A stretch of 64,000 bases of DNA from assembly GCF_038025025.1 (NCBI RefSeq), contig NW_027117341.1, forward strand, positions 496,001 through 560,000, in the 5' to 3' direction. The notes under the pieces were generated by a model. The model searched no databases. It saw only the letters and a list, made by a program, of their open reading frames with translations, and was not told the origin of the DNA. The position numbers and the translations under genes were made by a program. Origin of the DNA: Phyllosticta citribraziliensis. Lineage: Eukaryota. This document shows, in pieces, positions 1 to 11,353 of this stretch; the first letter of the stretch is position 1; each line of letters opens with the position of its first letter.

Positions 1-845
1 GTTGTCGAAGAGGGAAGATTTGGAGAGCTCGGGAATAGATCTGTTGAGTCAGGAACTCTGATTGTACCGTTAGAGCGGGGGAGCTTGTCTCTTTTTATCT
101 GTGGAAGTGAGCAAAGAGTCATGCCTGCGAGCTTTAAGCACCGTTACTCCAGATACTTAACCGGGGAATCTATCGCGGCCGACCTTCAGTTTGCGCCACG
201 TTCCGCAAAAATCAGAAAGGCTGCAAGTCAGCTTTTGCTCTCGCTGACGCTCTGCGGCGGAGTTGATGGCCCATCATAGTATGGCGTCAAGTGAAGAAAG
301 CTTGTGCGCCAATGATTGGAGCATCAGCCCCAGGATACGGTAATTTGCATGTCAACAAAAGCGATGGGCGGTGGCTTCCGCTGTATGGCTTGGGCTGACG
401 GTGTAGGATGCTCGAAACGGTGCGCCGCTTTTGGACACCGAAGGAGCTTGACGTGGGAATAAGATGGTGCACGTGCGTCGACGGGGCAAGGGTCTGGATG
501 ATTCCGTCACCGGGTTGCTGCTTTTGGTTAGAGGCCGGGGAAGGCACCGACCATGTCAAAGGGCGGCAGCCTGGACATCATAACACATCAACAGTCCAAG
601 TTGAGAGAACTTGCTCCTCACTTGTATATTGCTGCCTGGTGGTCTCTCACAGGGCGTGTACATGCAAGGGGCGCGCACACAATGTGACTCCTCCATGTCA
701 GAGAGCATCTCGAGCATTTTCGTGTCGAACGAGTGACAAGCTTTCTTGGGGCGTTTATGGCTTGGGTGGCTTTGTCACCTTCACTGTTTCTGGATTTAGC
801 TATGGTTGTTTTTCCGTGCGGATACATGGAAAATACTTTACTGAC

Positions 846-2347
846 TCACGCCACAGTTGGAAATGGAAACGACGCCGGGCTCTTGTATCCATTCCTACCA
901 ACCGATCTGACTCCAAATATTACATTGTCCTTGCTCAATGGGACAGTTGCCGAGTTCACATTTTCAACTTCCACCACCCGGGTCCAGAGCGGTGCGTTGG
1001 TAGGCCTCCAGAGAATCTCGTAGCCTTGCAGCTCGGCATCATCGCTCGGCAGCCACAAAAGCGTCGAGTTGTTGGCTAGGATGCTGGTGTCGATGGTGAG
1101 ATTTCTGACAGAGCCAGGAGCTTGCGCCAGCGACCACAGCGCAGCCATATTGACCTTGGCCACTCGCGTTACAAAGTCGTAGTCGACGAATTCCGGCAGA
1201 TCTCCGAATTGTTGACCGTTTTCGATTCGGTTATCTTGGTGTTGATGCGCAAAATTCTCATTTGGCTCTGTGAATCGGACAGCGGAGTAACCTTGCTCCA
1301 AGAAAGGACGATGGTCACCACCCCGCAGAAATCGGTCCAGGCGGTATATTATGGCGACTTTCATGTCGGTGGCGTCGTTTGCGCCGACCTCGGCGATGAA
1401 GCGCGCGAGCTGACGCGCGGGAGAATCGTTTCCGCCCCCGGCCGTCAGACGCTGCGCTCTTTGGGTCTCGTCCTCGGTCAAGGGCAGACCCTGGGCAAAT
1501 ACTCGGATGCTGTTTGGGTCGCGAAGGTCTCCTTCTCCCGTTGGGCTTCCAATGATGTCATTGGTAAACATGCCTTCGACGTTCACACTGGAATTCTTGA
1601 GGGTTTGCGCGAGATATCTGGCTCCGTACAGCCCTTGTTCTTCTCCTGCGACTGCGACAAATAATATCGTGGCTCGGGGCCTTTTGGTCGCCATAATGCG
1701 AGCAAGTTCCATCACGACTATAAATGAGTATAGAACAAGACCTGAAGCGAAGGGTACTTACGCGCAACTCCGGATGCGTCGTCATTGGCGCCGGGTGCAT
1801 CGTCGGTGTAGTTGTCAATGTCTGTCACTCGACTGTCGTAATGTCCCGAGACAACGTAGACGCGTGATGGATCAGATGAGCCTTCCAGTCTGGCAATGAC
1901 ATTGTCGATTCGCGTTGGGAAAGGAAACCTCTCGTTGATTTCTTGGACATAACCCTCGACAGACACGTTCATCCGTCCCTCTGAAGTCTCGGCATGTTTG
2001 CGCATTTCCGACGCTATCCAATCTCGTGCCGCTCCAATGCCGCGATTGGGATCAGTCTGGCTGGAACACGTATGACGAGTCCCATAGGAAACGAGCTTCA
2101 AGATGGTTGCCTCGATATTTTCAGGACGAATCTGAGAAATCAAGTCGCGCAATTCGTCGTCAGGGGCTTGCGGGACAAGGTCAACGCCAACTTCCGACGG
2201 TGGCCATGCCGCGTTTGCACAGGAGCCGTAGTTGAAAACATCAACAGCCACGGCGGCAGCCACGGCGGGAGGAAGGCTCTGCGGCAAAGAAATTCCTTGG
2301 CTTCCTGCAAGCCCTAGTGTCGCTAGTATGCCAAAGAAATGTAACAT
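846..2347 (-). CDS. Secreted M28 family metallopeptidase (aminopeptidase-like), 2 exons
   Basis: ATG at 2347 followed by a signal-peptide-like MLHFFGILATLGLAGS. Zn-binding motifs SGHYDS, GANDDASG, AGEEQGLYG, GDH and HQH. A 44-nt intron at 1718-1761 (GTAAGT...TAG) joins ORFs 1718-2353 and 846-1715 in frame (GVA-L-VMELAR). Confidence 0.9.
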
Positions 2348-3258
2348 TGCCAAGTTTGGATGAAAAGGTGTTCGTCAACACTTCGGATGAAAAACTGGAT
2401 GCGCCAGTCGGATAATAAAGTGCGAGAAAAAGCGGTAATATGTCAACAATGACTTAAGCAATATCTACCCCTCATGCCGCGTGTTGATGCGCTGGGCGAC
2501 TACGGCATTCGACAGCGGGCCGCGAGAAACTCAAGCTTTGAGCGATGCAGGGTAGGGCGGCAGATGAGCGGTGATCATGGCGCCACATTTTCTTGGTCCA
2601 AGTCTTGGTTGACGTACTGGACGAAAGGGTGAATTCGACCTGCTTGGTCCTCCATTTGTCATGAAGGCGTCAAATCTGCAATCTGTTGAGATTCGAGAAT
2701 CGTGGCTGAATCGCAATTCATGCTCTCGACCATCTTTGATCCTGACAATTGTGTTGTTCCTGCCGTCTGAGACGTTGAAGGCCGTGAGTAGTACAGTTTC
2801 GACAGCATGATGTACGAACGCTCCAGCGACGGTGCCTTTTCCACTTGAGGAGAGAAACTGCAACTACACCGGAGTGGCCGTGGAAACAGGTGGAAACGGG
2901 CGAGGTGGACACAGGCGAGTTGAGTCAACTAAATTAGCTGAGCATATCAATGGTATGGCCGTGGCATCGAATTGATACGGGCGACAGGATAGAATATTTG
3001 GAGGCCTGAAGTTGATGGAATGAAGATGTTGATGCCTGCGGTCGTGAGGGAGTGGAGCAGCTCAGGGTCTGAGGGTCAGTGCGCACCGCCTAGCCGCAAG
3101 CGGTGTGCGTTGATCCGGCAGAATCCCGATGCCGACCAATCCAGTAAGGTAGCTGCATCTCTGCCAGATCATCAACAACAGATTCCAACCCAACTCTCGA
3201 CATTGCGCACCCTCTTTCTTTCTGGCTTCTCAATCGCCGAATCCCCACCTTGCACATC

Positions 3259-4139
3259 ATGGTACTTGTCAAACTCCATTTTCTTCCGTCCTTCTCTGAC
3301 AACTTCCCAGAATTCCCTATTCAACTCCGCCCTGCGACAGTCTACATCCATACGCAAAGATCTCGATGCCTTTGCCGACAGCAGTACCTTGTCGCCTGCG
3401 CTTCTTGGTACGTCCATTTTATCCCAGAGCGCGTCGCCGTTTTCAGGCTAACAGCCCCCCAGGGCAAATCAACGCATCCCTCACGTCCTTCAGTCGCACG
3501 ATAGACGATTACAATCGACTGGCAAAGCAGGAGATGGTCCCGGAGAAGCAAGAAAAGGCATACGAGCGCATCAAGAACTTTCGAAACGAGCTTTCCGAAT
3601 ACAGAGATCAGTTTGGCAAGCTGAAGAAGGAAAGCGATGAGAGGGTTAGTTGGCCCTTGGATCTTCTGCGACAGTAGCTAACATGTCTTCCTCTGCAGCA
3701 ATCAACCCAGACACGTACGGAGCTGCTAGGCCGTCGGCCCCACCACGCACACACGCCCGAGAATCCCTATGCTTCAGCTTCCAACGCCCAGCATTCCCCG
3801 TGGGCGCCAGCAGCAGGTCCGTCTTCTCTCGGAGCCGGGCCTTCGGATTACACTCGTGAAGCGCACGCCTTTCGCGAACAGTCTTTTACTTCACAGGCGA
3901 ATGCTCAACTCGACGAGTTTCTGGAACGCGGCCGCGCCGTTCTGGCAGATTTGGGAGACCAGCGCGATGTTCTCAAGGGAACGCAGAGAAAGCTCTACAG
4001 CGTAGCAAATACCCTGGGAATCAGCGGTGACACGATACGAATGGTTGAGCGAAGAGCAAGGCAAGACAAGTGGATATTCTGGGGAGGAGTCGTTATCTTC
4101 TTCCTGTTTTGCTGGCTGGTGTTGCACTTTTTGAGGTGA
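3259..4139 (+). CDS. BOS1: ER-Golgi Qb-SNARE Bos1/membrin, 4 exons
   Basis: ATG-only first coding exon at 3259-3261. Introns 3262-3310, 3408-3462 and 3645-3698. Spliced product reads MNSLFNSALRQSTSIRKDLD...RTELLGRRPHHAHTPENPY...QRKLYSVANTLGISGDTIRMVERRARQDKWIFWGG followed by a C-terminal TM helix. Confidence 0.9.
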
Positions 4140-4575
4140 ACTCAGATCTGGGGAGCATACCCATCCCTGTTTGTCAATCGCTTTGGCAAGTCATTATCTT
4201 TCAGCGTGGCGTTGAGCTAGGACTTTTGCTGAAAAGGGAGTTGTAGCTGGGCGAACCAATCATACCCGGAGTCAGGAGTTGTTTTTGCAAAACTTTGACA
4301 GAATTGCTTTCGATTTACACTTCTAAGCCTTGAGTCCCAACGGTCTACCTGCGAAGGGGTTTTTTCAGGAGTCTTTTGAAGAGAATGTACGTCTATTTCA
4401 CAGCGATAGCACCCAAACCCTCAAATCACATTTCAATGGTCAAATATCTACACAGTAACAAGAAGAATCATAAGTCTCTCAACTTCAACATCATCTGGGG
4501 CAAACACTTGACTTTGGGGCATCCATGAGAACGAGATGGAAACAATATCAAAAGCTAACAAAACACAGCAACACA

Positions 4576-5655
4576 TCAGTAATAGTCGTCCCATGACTCC
4601 TCAAACCACTCGTACTCGTCAACGTCTGGCCAGCAGTCGGGATAGTAGTGCTCCCAGTCTCTCCGACGGGCATCATCCCACCCCAATTTGTCAACCTTGT
4701 AGTTGATGTCCTCCAAGTCGTGCTTCACGTGCTGCATGTCATGTCTCAAATGGCGCTGCTCTGCGTTGACATCGCGCAAAGCACGCGAAACACCGGCATC
4801 TCGGACGATGAGATGGTGATGCTTGTGTTCGACCGGCCAAGAATCCAGGACGCGAGCCCGCCGTTGGACCGTCACTTCCGTCGGACGTCTCCTGTGTCCA
4901 ACACGGCGCTCCCTCTTGTCCACCAACACCATGCCGTCATCGTAGTCCTTTCGGTGGCGACCCTCGATTGCATGGCTGTTTTCATACTGGACGATCCGCA
5001 AGAACGACGTCTTGACCTCCTTCATGCCCGGAATGGAAAGATAGTCGTCGTAGCGGCTGCTGAGCGCCATGTCGGGCCGCACGCGCGCTATCTCGCGCAG
5101 ACACTCAATTTGCTCCGACTCGGTCATCTTGGACATGAGGATAGCCCAGGACCAGAGGATGATGGCGCGCGAGCGCTCAGCCTGGATGATGCGGTGACCG
5201 TGGCTGGAGAAGAAGGAGTGGCAGACGCTGGCCAGGCGGCGTGAGCCGAACTCGCGCGACATGTCGGCCAGCGTCATGAAAATGGCGATCGACTCGGGGT
5301 AGCGGCTGTCGCCGGAGGTGCGGCCGCGCCGCCGGTCCTCGATCACGGCGCGCGCGAGCTGGTCCGAAAAGGCGAGCTGTGCCTCTTGTCCGTCGCCGGG
5401 GTTGTAGCCGAGGATGTCGAGGATCTCTTCGCATACACGCAGCATGGTGGTCGTCGTGATGAGCCCTGCTGCGATGCCCGGGCAGCCCGTGACGTACTGG
5501 TCGAGATCGAGGTACTCATCTTGCCGGATGCTGAGGAAGGCGTCGGGGAGGTATGCGCGGATTGTTCGAGCGTCGACGAGCTCGCGTCGGTTCCCACAGC
5601 GGACGACTACGTCGCGGTGGTAGTGCTGGTGCGGCACGACTTGGTATCGAGGCAT
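4576..5655 (-). CDS. Hypothetical protein with divergent BTB/POZ-like N-terminus and C-terminal coiled coil
   Basis: Uninterrupted ORF with strong GC3 codon bias from ATG 5655. RDVVVRCGNRRELVDARTIRAYLP and IAIFMTLADMSREFGSRRLASVCHSFF resemble BTB and post-BTB helices by eye. Heptad stretch EQRHLRHDMQHVKHDLEDINYKVDKL. The domain call is tentative. Confidence 0.65.
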   Translation of the reverse strand: MPRYQVVPHQHYHRDVVVRCGNRRELVDARTIRAYLPDAFLSIRQDEYLDLDQYVTGCPGIAAGLITTTTMLRVCEEILDILGYNPGDGQEAQLAFSDQLARAVIEDRRRGRTSGDSRYPESIAIFMTLADMSREFGSRRLASVCHSFFSSHGHRIIQAERSRAIILWSWAILMSKMTESEQIECLREIARVRPDMALSSRYDDYLSIPGMKEVKTSFLRIVQYENSHAIEGRHRKDYDDGMVLVDKRERRVGHRRRPTEVTVQRRARVLDSWPVEHKHHHLIVRDAGVSRALRDVNAEQRHLRHDMQHVKHDLEDINYKVDKLGWDDARRRDWEHYYPDCWPDVDEYEWFEESWDDYY

Positions 5656-8459
5656 TTTGAGAGCAGAGGAGACGAGGCTCGAATGAGTGAGATCCTGGGG
5701 GGAGGGCAAGGCGCAAGTCTTATGAGCAGCCTCCAAGCCGCGCCGTACGACGGCACGCGGACGTGCCTTGGAGCAGCAGTCTCCACGTACAAAGCTTCTG
5801 CCGTCCGGTGTTGCACAAGCCAGAGTCGAGCAAGAATTCCAGTTTCAAGCCGTGCAAGCTTCGGGTCAGGGGTTCAGAGAGACAAACAAACCGACTCGAC
5901 GCGTGAAGTAGGGAAGAAGCGCTGCAGGCAAACAACAGCCTTGCCTCGAGCATTACGGACGACGAGACTGGAGACGGCATGAGAAGACATCGTGACTGGC
6001 CACAACGCCCACAACTGCGAGGTCAAACGCCAACTTTTTTCCTTTGTAGATGCGGATGCTGGCAGTGCGCGCACCGTCCCGCCAACGCTTCTGCCTAAGG
6101 TGTCTTACCCGTCTCACAACGACGCCCAGCTGACCTGTCTGACTGGCCATGCTTTGGAGCTGCAGCCGAATCGATAACGTGAGACACATCTTCCTCGTCT
6201 CTGCACCACCGTCATGACCACTGCCCCTCCAGTTCCCTGGTTGTGGACAAATTCATGCCATCATCGCCTACATCTGCGGCGCTTTCAGCCGTGTGGCTGT
6301 CCTTCGAACGGATTCTCCCGAGATGGCGGCGAGGCATGTGAAGTGATGCCGCAAGGCTGATTTTCCTGCGAGCTGACTGCGGCGAAGCCAAGGCGGTAAC
6401 CACGCGGGGAGGAGCGTGGTCTCCTCAGCCTGGGAGGTTATGTGGCTGGATGAAGGCAAGCGAGATGCAGGTAGCCGATGTGGGGGCGGTGAAAGAGGAG
6501 GTCTAGAAATTGTGGTTTGCTGTCAATTAGACTTTGCGATTCACCCTGGCGCATTGACGGGGAATTTGACGGTCTGTGGCATCAGGTCTTGGGCCTTGGA
6601 GCGCAGAAAAAGACTTGTCAATTCTGTGTCGGGATATTTGCGGTTTTGGTATCAATGGGTGATATCACACATGAGCCTCATACGTCACTGATGACCCCTG
6701 TCGCGATCTCTTCTCGGACTCCCATCGTTTCGCGCCTACGACTTTTACTCGTTGAGAGTGTGGTTCAAAGACGCAGTCCTTATCTTTGAGCTCAGCTTCT
6801 GTCGCTTTGCTAATACGTTTTCAATTCCTCAATGTCTTCTAGCATACAGCAGCACGCAAGAGACTCGCTTCCGGGAAGACCAACTCACACTCTCAAGTAT
6901 GGAATGTACATCTTATAGACCGCAGCAGCCGAAGTCGCATCGAGGACCATCTTCTGCTTTGAGACCAGGAGGGTACTACCCTGCGCCAGGCGTTGGCTTT
7001 CCCGATCTGGCGAATCGTATGCGACCCGCGGTGTCTGGCTCTGCCCGGCTTCGACTCTACCATCTAGGTTAACACATTCCCGTTTCTGACCTCCGGAATT
7101 TGTGTTTTAACAATTCCTGTCCATCGCCTCTCCTCTTTCGCACCGCTCACTGAACAAAGGCTTTCGTATGGTACGTCCGACGCCAAATCGAGGCCGCACC
7201 CGAGACTTCTAAATTCTCCTGGCTGCGTCACTGACGTTTGCCGAGCCAGGCTCCGAATCCACAGCTCCAATCTCTAGCTCTACATGTCCGCATGATGCAT
7301 TACTCCCAGGCTCTTGGTCTTTGGGCTTTGAATTGCTCTTAAGTAGGTACGTGGGCTCTGGCGCGCCGGTCTGGCAGGCCGAAGCAGCCTTTTGCTCATG
7401 TTTGATGACGATGAAGGATAGACTTGCTCTCCAATGCTGATGGCAGCAGTGGAGGACACGTTTCGAATGAATGCTTGGGGCTTTCTGCGTGTCCGTGACT
7501 GCTCGTATTGTTTCCCGGACTGTTGAAAAGTAGTCTCTTGCAGCGCTGCCTTTGCTTACTTGTTCTCGAAGCGTACTGAGCCATCGCTTGAGGTTTGAGA
7601 ACTGTTGAATTTAGTAAAGGGAGGCTCGGGAAAGACCCATGGAAAGTGAATAGGGGAATCTCGTCAAGCAAGGTTACTGCTTCCGCCGTCTGTTCCAGGC
7701 TCAAGGTATGCCAATCATCAACACTTCTCTGCTGAGGGCGCGGAAGTTACTTATCGTAGCGCCGTCTCCGTAGTTCGAGGCAGCTGTCAGGATTTTCCAT
7801 TGGTCGCAACGCTTCTCTCGCTATCTGGGAGCCTCGAGGAATTTTTAACACAGCTGGCAGCGGGAGTCTTCTGGCAGACTCCGTCGCCCCCCAAGCCTCC
7901 AGCAGTCTTTGCGTCAAAGTGAATAGCCTGGAGATTCTGGAGGTGATGAAGTCTCTGAAGCTGTACCGCAGCAATAGTATCTCACAGAGCGAATGGTGAA
8001 TGAACCCTCGCAACATGACCTGAATGGCAAGTGGTGAGAAGGATCTGGGTATGCCAGTCATCTTGAACCTCCACCCCCTTCTGTTTTTATAAGACTTGGG
8101 ATAGACGAGCTGGAGGGGCATTCGAAGACGGCCGTTGGCGTAGTTATGAAGCATTCGACGGCTGGGGCGTGAAGTTGCAAGGAGCATTCGACGGGCGTGG
8201 TGCTCGAGATGGTGATCCCAATGGGGTATCTTCGGTTCTATGCCCTGTGATTGAACATGGCAAAGAGAAGTCGTTTGGAAAGGGAAATATGCATCACGAG
8301 CGTGTGAAAGGGCCGGCCAAAGTGAATATCCAGTGGTCCGTGCGTCCGTGCGCTGCTGTTGATATTCCATCCACCACGACACTTGAGCTTCTTCTCTCCT
8401 CCAACATCACCCTTGAGATCTGCAGCGTCTCCCGTTGCAGCCTCATCTCCAACGCAAAC

Positions 8460-9459
8460 ATGCCCCCCAAGATCGTAAGTGGAGCTCCCTGCTGTTGATA
8501 GTCACCTTCATCTCCCTCTCTCGCTACACCTCTGTTCCCTCTTCCGTTCATCCTCTCCACCACCACCTTGGCTCTCTGAGAAGACGCGTACCAACATGAT
8601 CCAGAAGCAGGAGATCAAGGATGAAGAGGTTGAGGTAAGTCATGACCCGCGTCCGCGCTGGGAGCATTCGGTCGCGTCGCTGGTTTGCTGACATGCTGGT
8701 GTCTAGACCTCCTTCACTGCCATCAACGCGCCTGCGCACGAAGACTCCAAGGACGTGGCCACGTCTGTCAAGCGCTCAGCTAGTGATGTCGATGAGCGCG
8801 TCGCGTCCCCTGCCAAGCGCACCAAGGGTCGCTTGACGCCTGAGCCCACGGAGGAGGACTTGTTGACCCCAGCTCGTCAGCGCAAGGTAATGCACCGTCT
8901 GCCAACCTCAATACTGAATCACGAGCTAACTGTCATGAACAGCCCCCCAAGAAGAATCCCGTAGGACCCCAGCTCTTACCACCCTCACTCCCAGCTAACG
9001 CGCCGGCAGAGCACTCCCAAGACTATTGGCGCCAGCCTTGACCAGCTTGACCCGCTCGACCTCAAGCTCGTGCAGATGAAGGATTCTGGCTACGGCTGGA
9101 AGGACATTGGCAAGATGTGGACCGAGGCGACGGGCGAGGTGACAGCCAAGTCGACGCTTCCCAACCGCTACGCGCGCATCAAGGCCAACATCATGACCTT
9201 GCCCGAGGACGAGCAGCGCAAGCTCGTCGAGGCCATTGCCTGGGTCGAGGAGGACTACGAGAAGACCAAGTGGGAGCGCATCTCTCAGCGCATGCAGGAG
9301 CAGGGCGTCGAGACCAAGTACGCGGTGAGTTTGGTTCTGTTTCTTTTGATATTTGCTGGCTTACTGATGCTGGTGTAGATTTCGATCCTCCAGAAGCAGT
9401 ATCAGAAGATGATGGCCGCTGCTGCCCCCGCCTTGGACAAGGCCGGCACTCCTGAGTAG
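8460..9459 (+). CDS. Small putative nuclear protein with Myb/SANT-like helical repeats, 6 exons including micro-exons
   Basis: Exons 8460-8474, 8605-8634, 8707-8886, 8943-8960, 9010-9324 and 9379-9459, all bounded by GT..AG and in frame. Contains DLKLVQMKDSGYGWKDIGKMW...TLPNRYARIKAN and EQRKLVEAI...KWERISQRM...LQKQYQKM (Trp-anchored helix-turn-helix pattern). Confidence 0.75.
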
Positions 9460-10955
9460 GCCATTGCCTTTCCTGCATCTTGGAGCCATTCGACTTCTTT
9501 CTGGTACCTCTTTGGTGGCAGAGCGTTGGAGCAGGGCGGGTCTACGGCTTCTCATGGCTGGATACGACTTGGTTTACTTGAATGAAAAAAGGAACAGTGA
9601 ATGAGGCTCAAGCTGAATGCTTGCACCATGATACCGGAGACTCAAAGACATTCGATTGCTTTGTCAATGGACGGACGTCTCTGGGGAATCACGGCTTTCC
9701 AAGACTTGACAGACTTTACCAAACAAGAAACGGAGATTCAACCTACATGTGCCATGACGCTTGGTCTCTTTCAGCACTGACCAGATCCCAGACAGATGAA
9801 GAGTTGGCATTGGATATGTTTCTTGATTTCTCTTTATCTCGAATCATGTGATGAGATGTCTGCCCTGGCACCAGCCAAGTCTGGTATGGTCTCCCTGTCG
9901 CAGATCAAGCTTACCTGTGCATGCAGAATCGATTGCTAGACGAGCTGCTTCTCGAAAGACGGGCGGAAGGCCCTAGACTGCGACGCAAAAAATGTCTCAT
10001 GCACCATTAGCCGCGGCGGCGGTCCAAAGCGACGCCTGGTCGGCCGACTTTCCAGACGCGGGTGACGACATCAGTACCGCGTGGCCCGAGGGCGCATCCT
10101 TGCGCGGGAAGCGCACGGAGGCTCGACGATGACCGTTTCTAGCAACGGCCAGCGGGCTTGGCAATAATCAGAGGACAAAAATAAGACGCAGTGGGCGTGT
10201 GGGCGGCCGGCCGCTAAGTTGGACGTCGAACGTCGCGCAAAATATTGGCAATGCGGAGGTGCTTGGATTGGCAGGTCTTGGGCGGTTTTGGGATGGAATG
10301 GGCGAGCAAAGGGAGGGGTGTGCCGCCGTGCGAGGCGAGGCGAGGCGACCGTGTGCGTACGCGCGGCGTGGGGTGGCGTCGAGACTGACGACAATGAGGG
10401 AGCGATGAGGTTGTCGAGTCGGCGACGTGTCGAATTTTCTGCAACATGGCAGGCTGTTGGACGGTCAAGAAGAGCTCTGGAGATGGGGGACGAGCGTGGG
10501 TTCTTCAGCTTGTTCAGGGCTCTCGCTTGAGGGAGGCCTTGGTTGGCTCGCCCTATTCGCTCCGTTCCACGGTTCACCACCACCACTCGGCCACAACACG
10601 GCGACAGCACGGCTCCCAGCAGCGAGGACATGACAGACTGACGTGAGGGCCGACGGCAGCCCGACCGTTGCCACGACCGTAGGTCACAAACGTCAAGAGC
10701 TTGGCAGAGTCGACCGAGTTTCGAATTCTTCAAGCGATGGCTCCATCCTACTCCCAGGCCGCCAGCCCACGACCAATGGCACAGGCGCCGATGATGTACT
10801 GCCGACGATGCCGATGGTTCCGCTGCGTTGGCCGTCGATGATGGCGAGAGACGGTCCAGTCGCACCACGCCGGCGACATTTGCGATGGCTCATGGCCGCC
10901 GTCTCACGTTCTGTTCTGATTGCCCGGAGAAAGCTCACAAGCTCTACCACGGCAA

Positions 10956-11083
10956 AGATAACGGCTCCACGGCTCATTCGACCACGCCCGCAGAGATAAC
11001 AACCCGCGCAGCGTGGTTAGCGGCACTAGGCCCTTGCTCCCGCAACCTTTCCTTTCCTTTGTTCGAACAAGCCACTTCCGCGG
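10956..11083 (+). promoter_or_regulatory. niaD upstream region: two AGATAA (AreA/NIT2-type GATA) sites and NirA/NIT4-like sites
   Basis: AGATAA at 10956-10961 and 10994-10999. CTCCACGG at 10965-10972 and TTCCGCGG at 11076-11083, each one mismatch from the NirA consensus CTCCGHGG. Confidence 0.55.
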
Positions 11084-11353
11084 CTCTGCACTTTCCCCGG
11101 ATCGTTCCTGTAGCAAAGAAGATGACGAAACTGAAATTCGCCTCGACCTGTGCCGGCACGCGGCCTGTGCTCTGCGGCCCTGACCCCGTCGACTGCTTCT
11201 CCGGCCTTTCATACGGCCACAAACCATGGCAAAATCGTGCTCCTTTCCTGCCTTGTTGCTGCGCTTGTCCTCGCCCGCTTCTTTGCCCTTTATCCCTTGC
11301 CTTGGTTGGCAGCCTTTTGGACCCTGACCTTCTCTGCCGGTCCGTTACACCAC

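Noticed and set aside
7396..8382. 211-aa and 102-aa - strand ORFs
   Set aside because: No recognisable motifs or consistent splice model. Possibly a decayed gene, but it cannot be supported.
10071..10999. Several Arg/Pro-rich ORFs upstream of niaD
   Set aside because: GC-rich promoter sequence with no codon bias or domain signal.
11150..11353. In-frame hydrophobic N-terminal extension of niaD suggesting a membrane-anchored nitrate reductase
   Set aside because: There is no in-frame ATG (the ORF track starts at GTG), and the hydrophobicity is explained by a pyrimidine-rich 5' leader.
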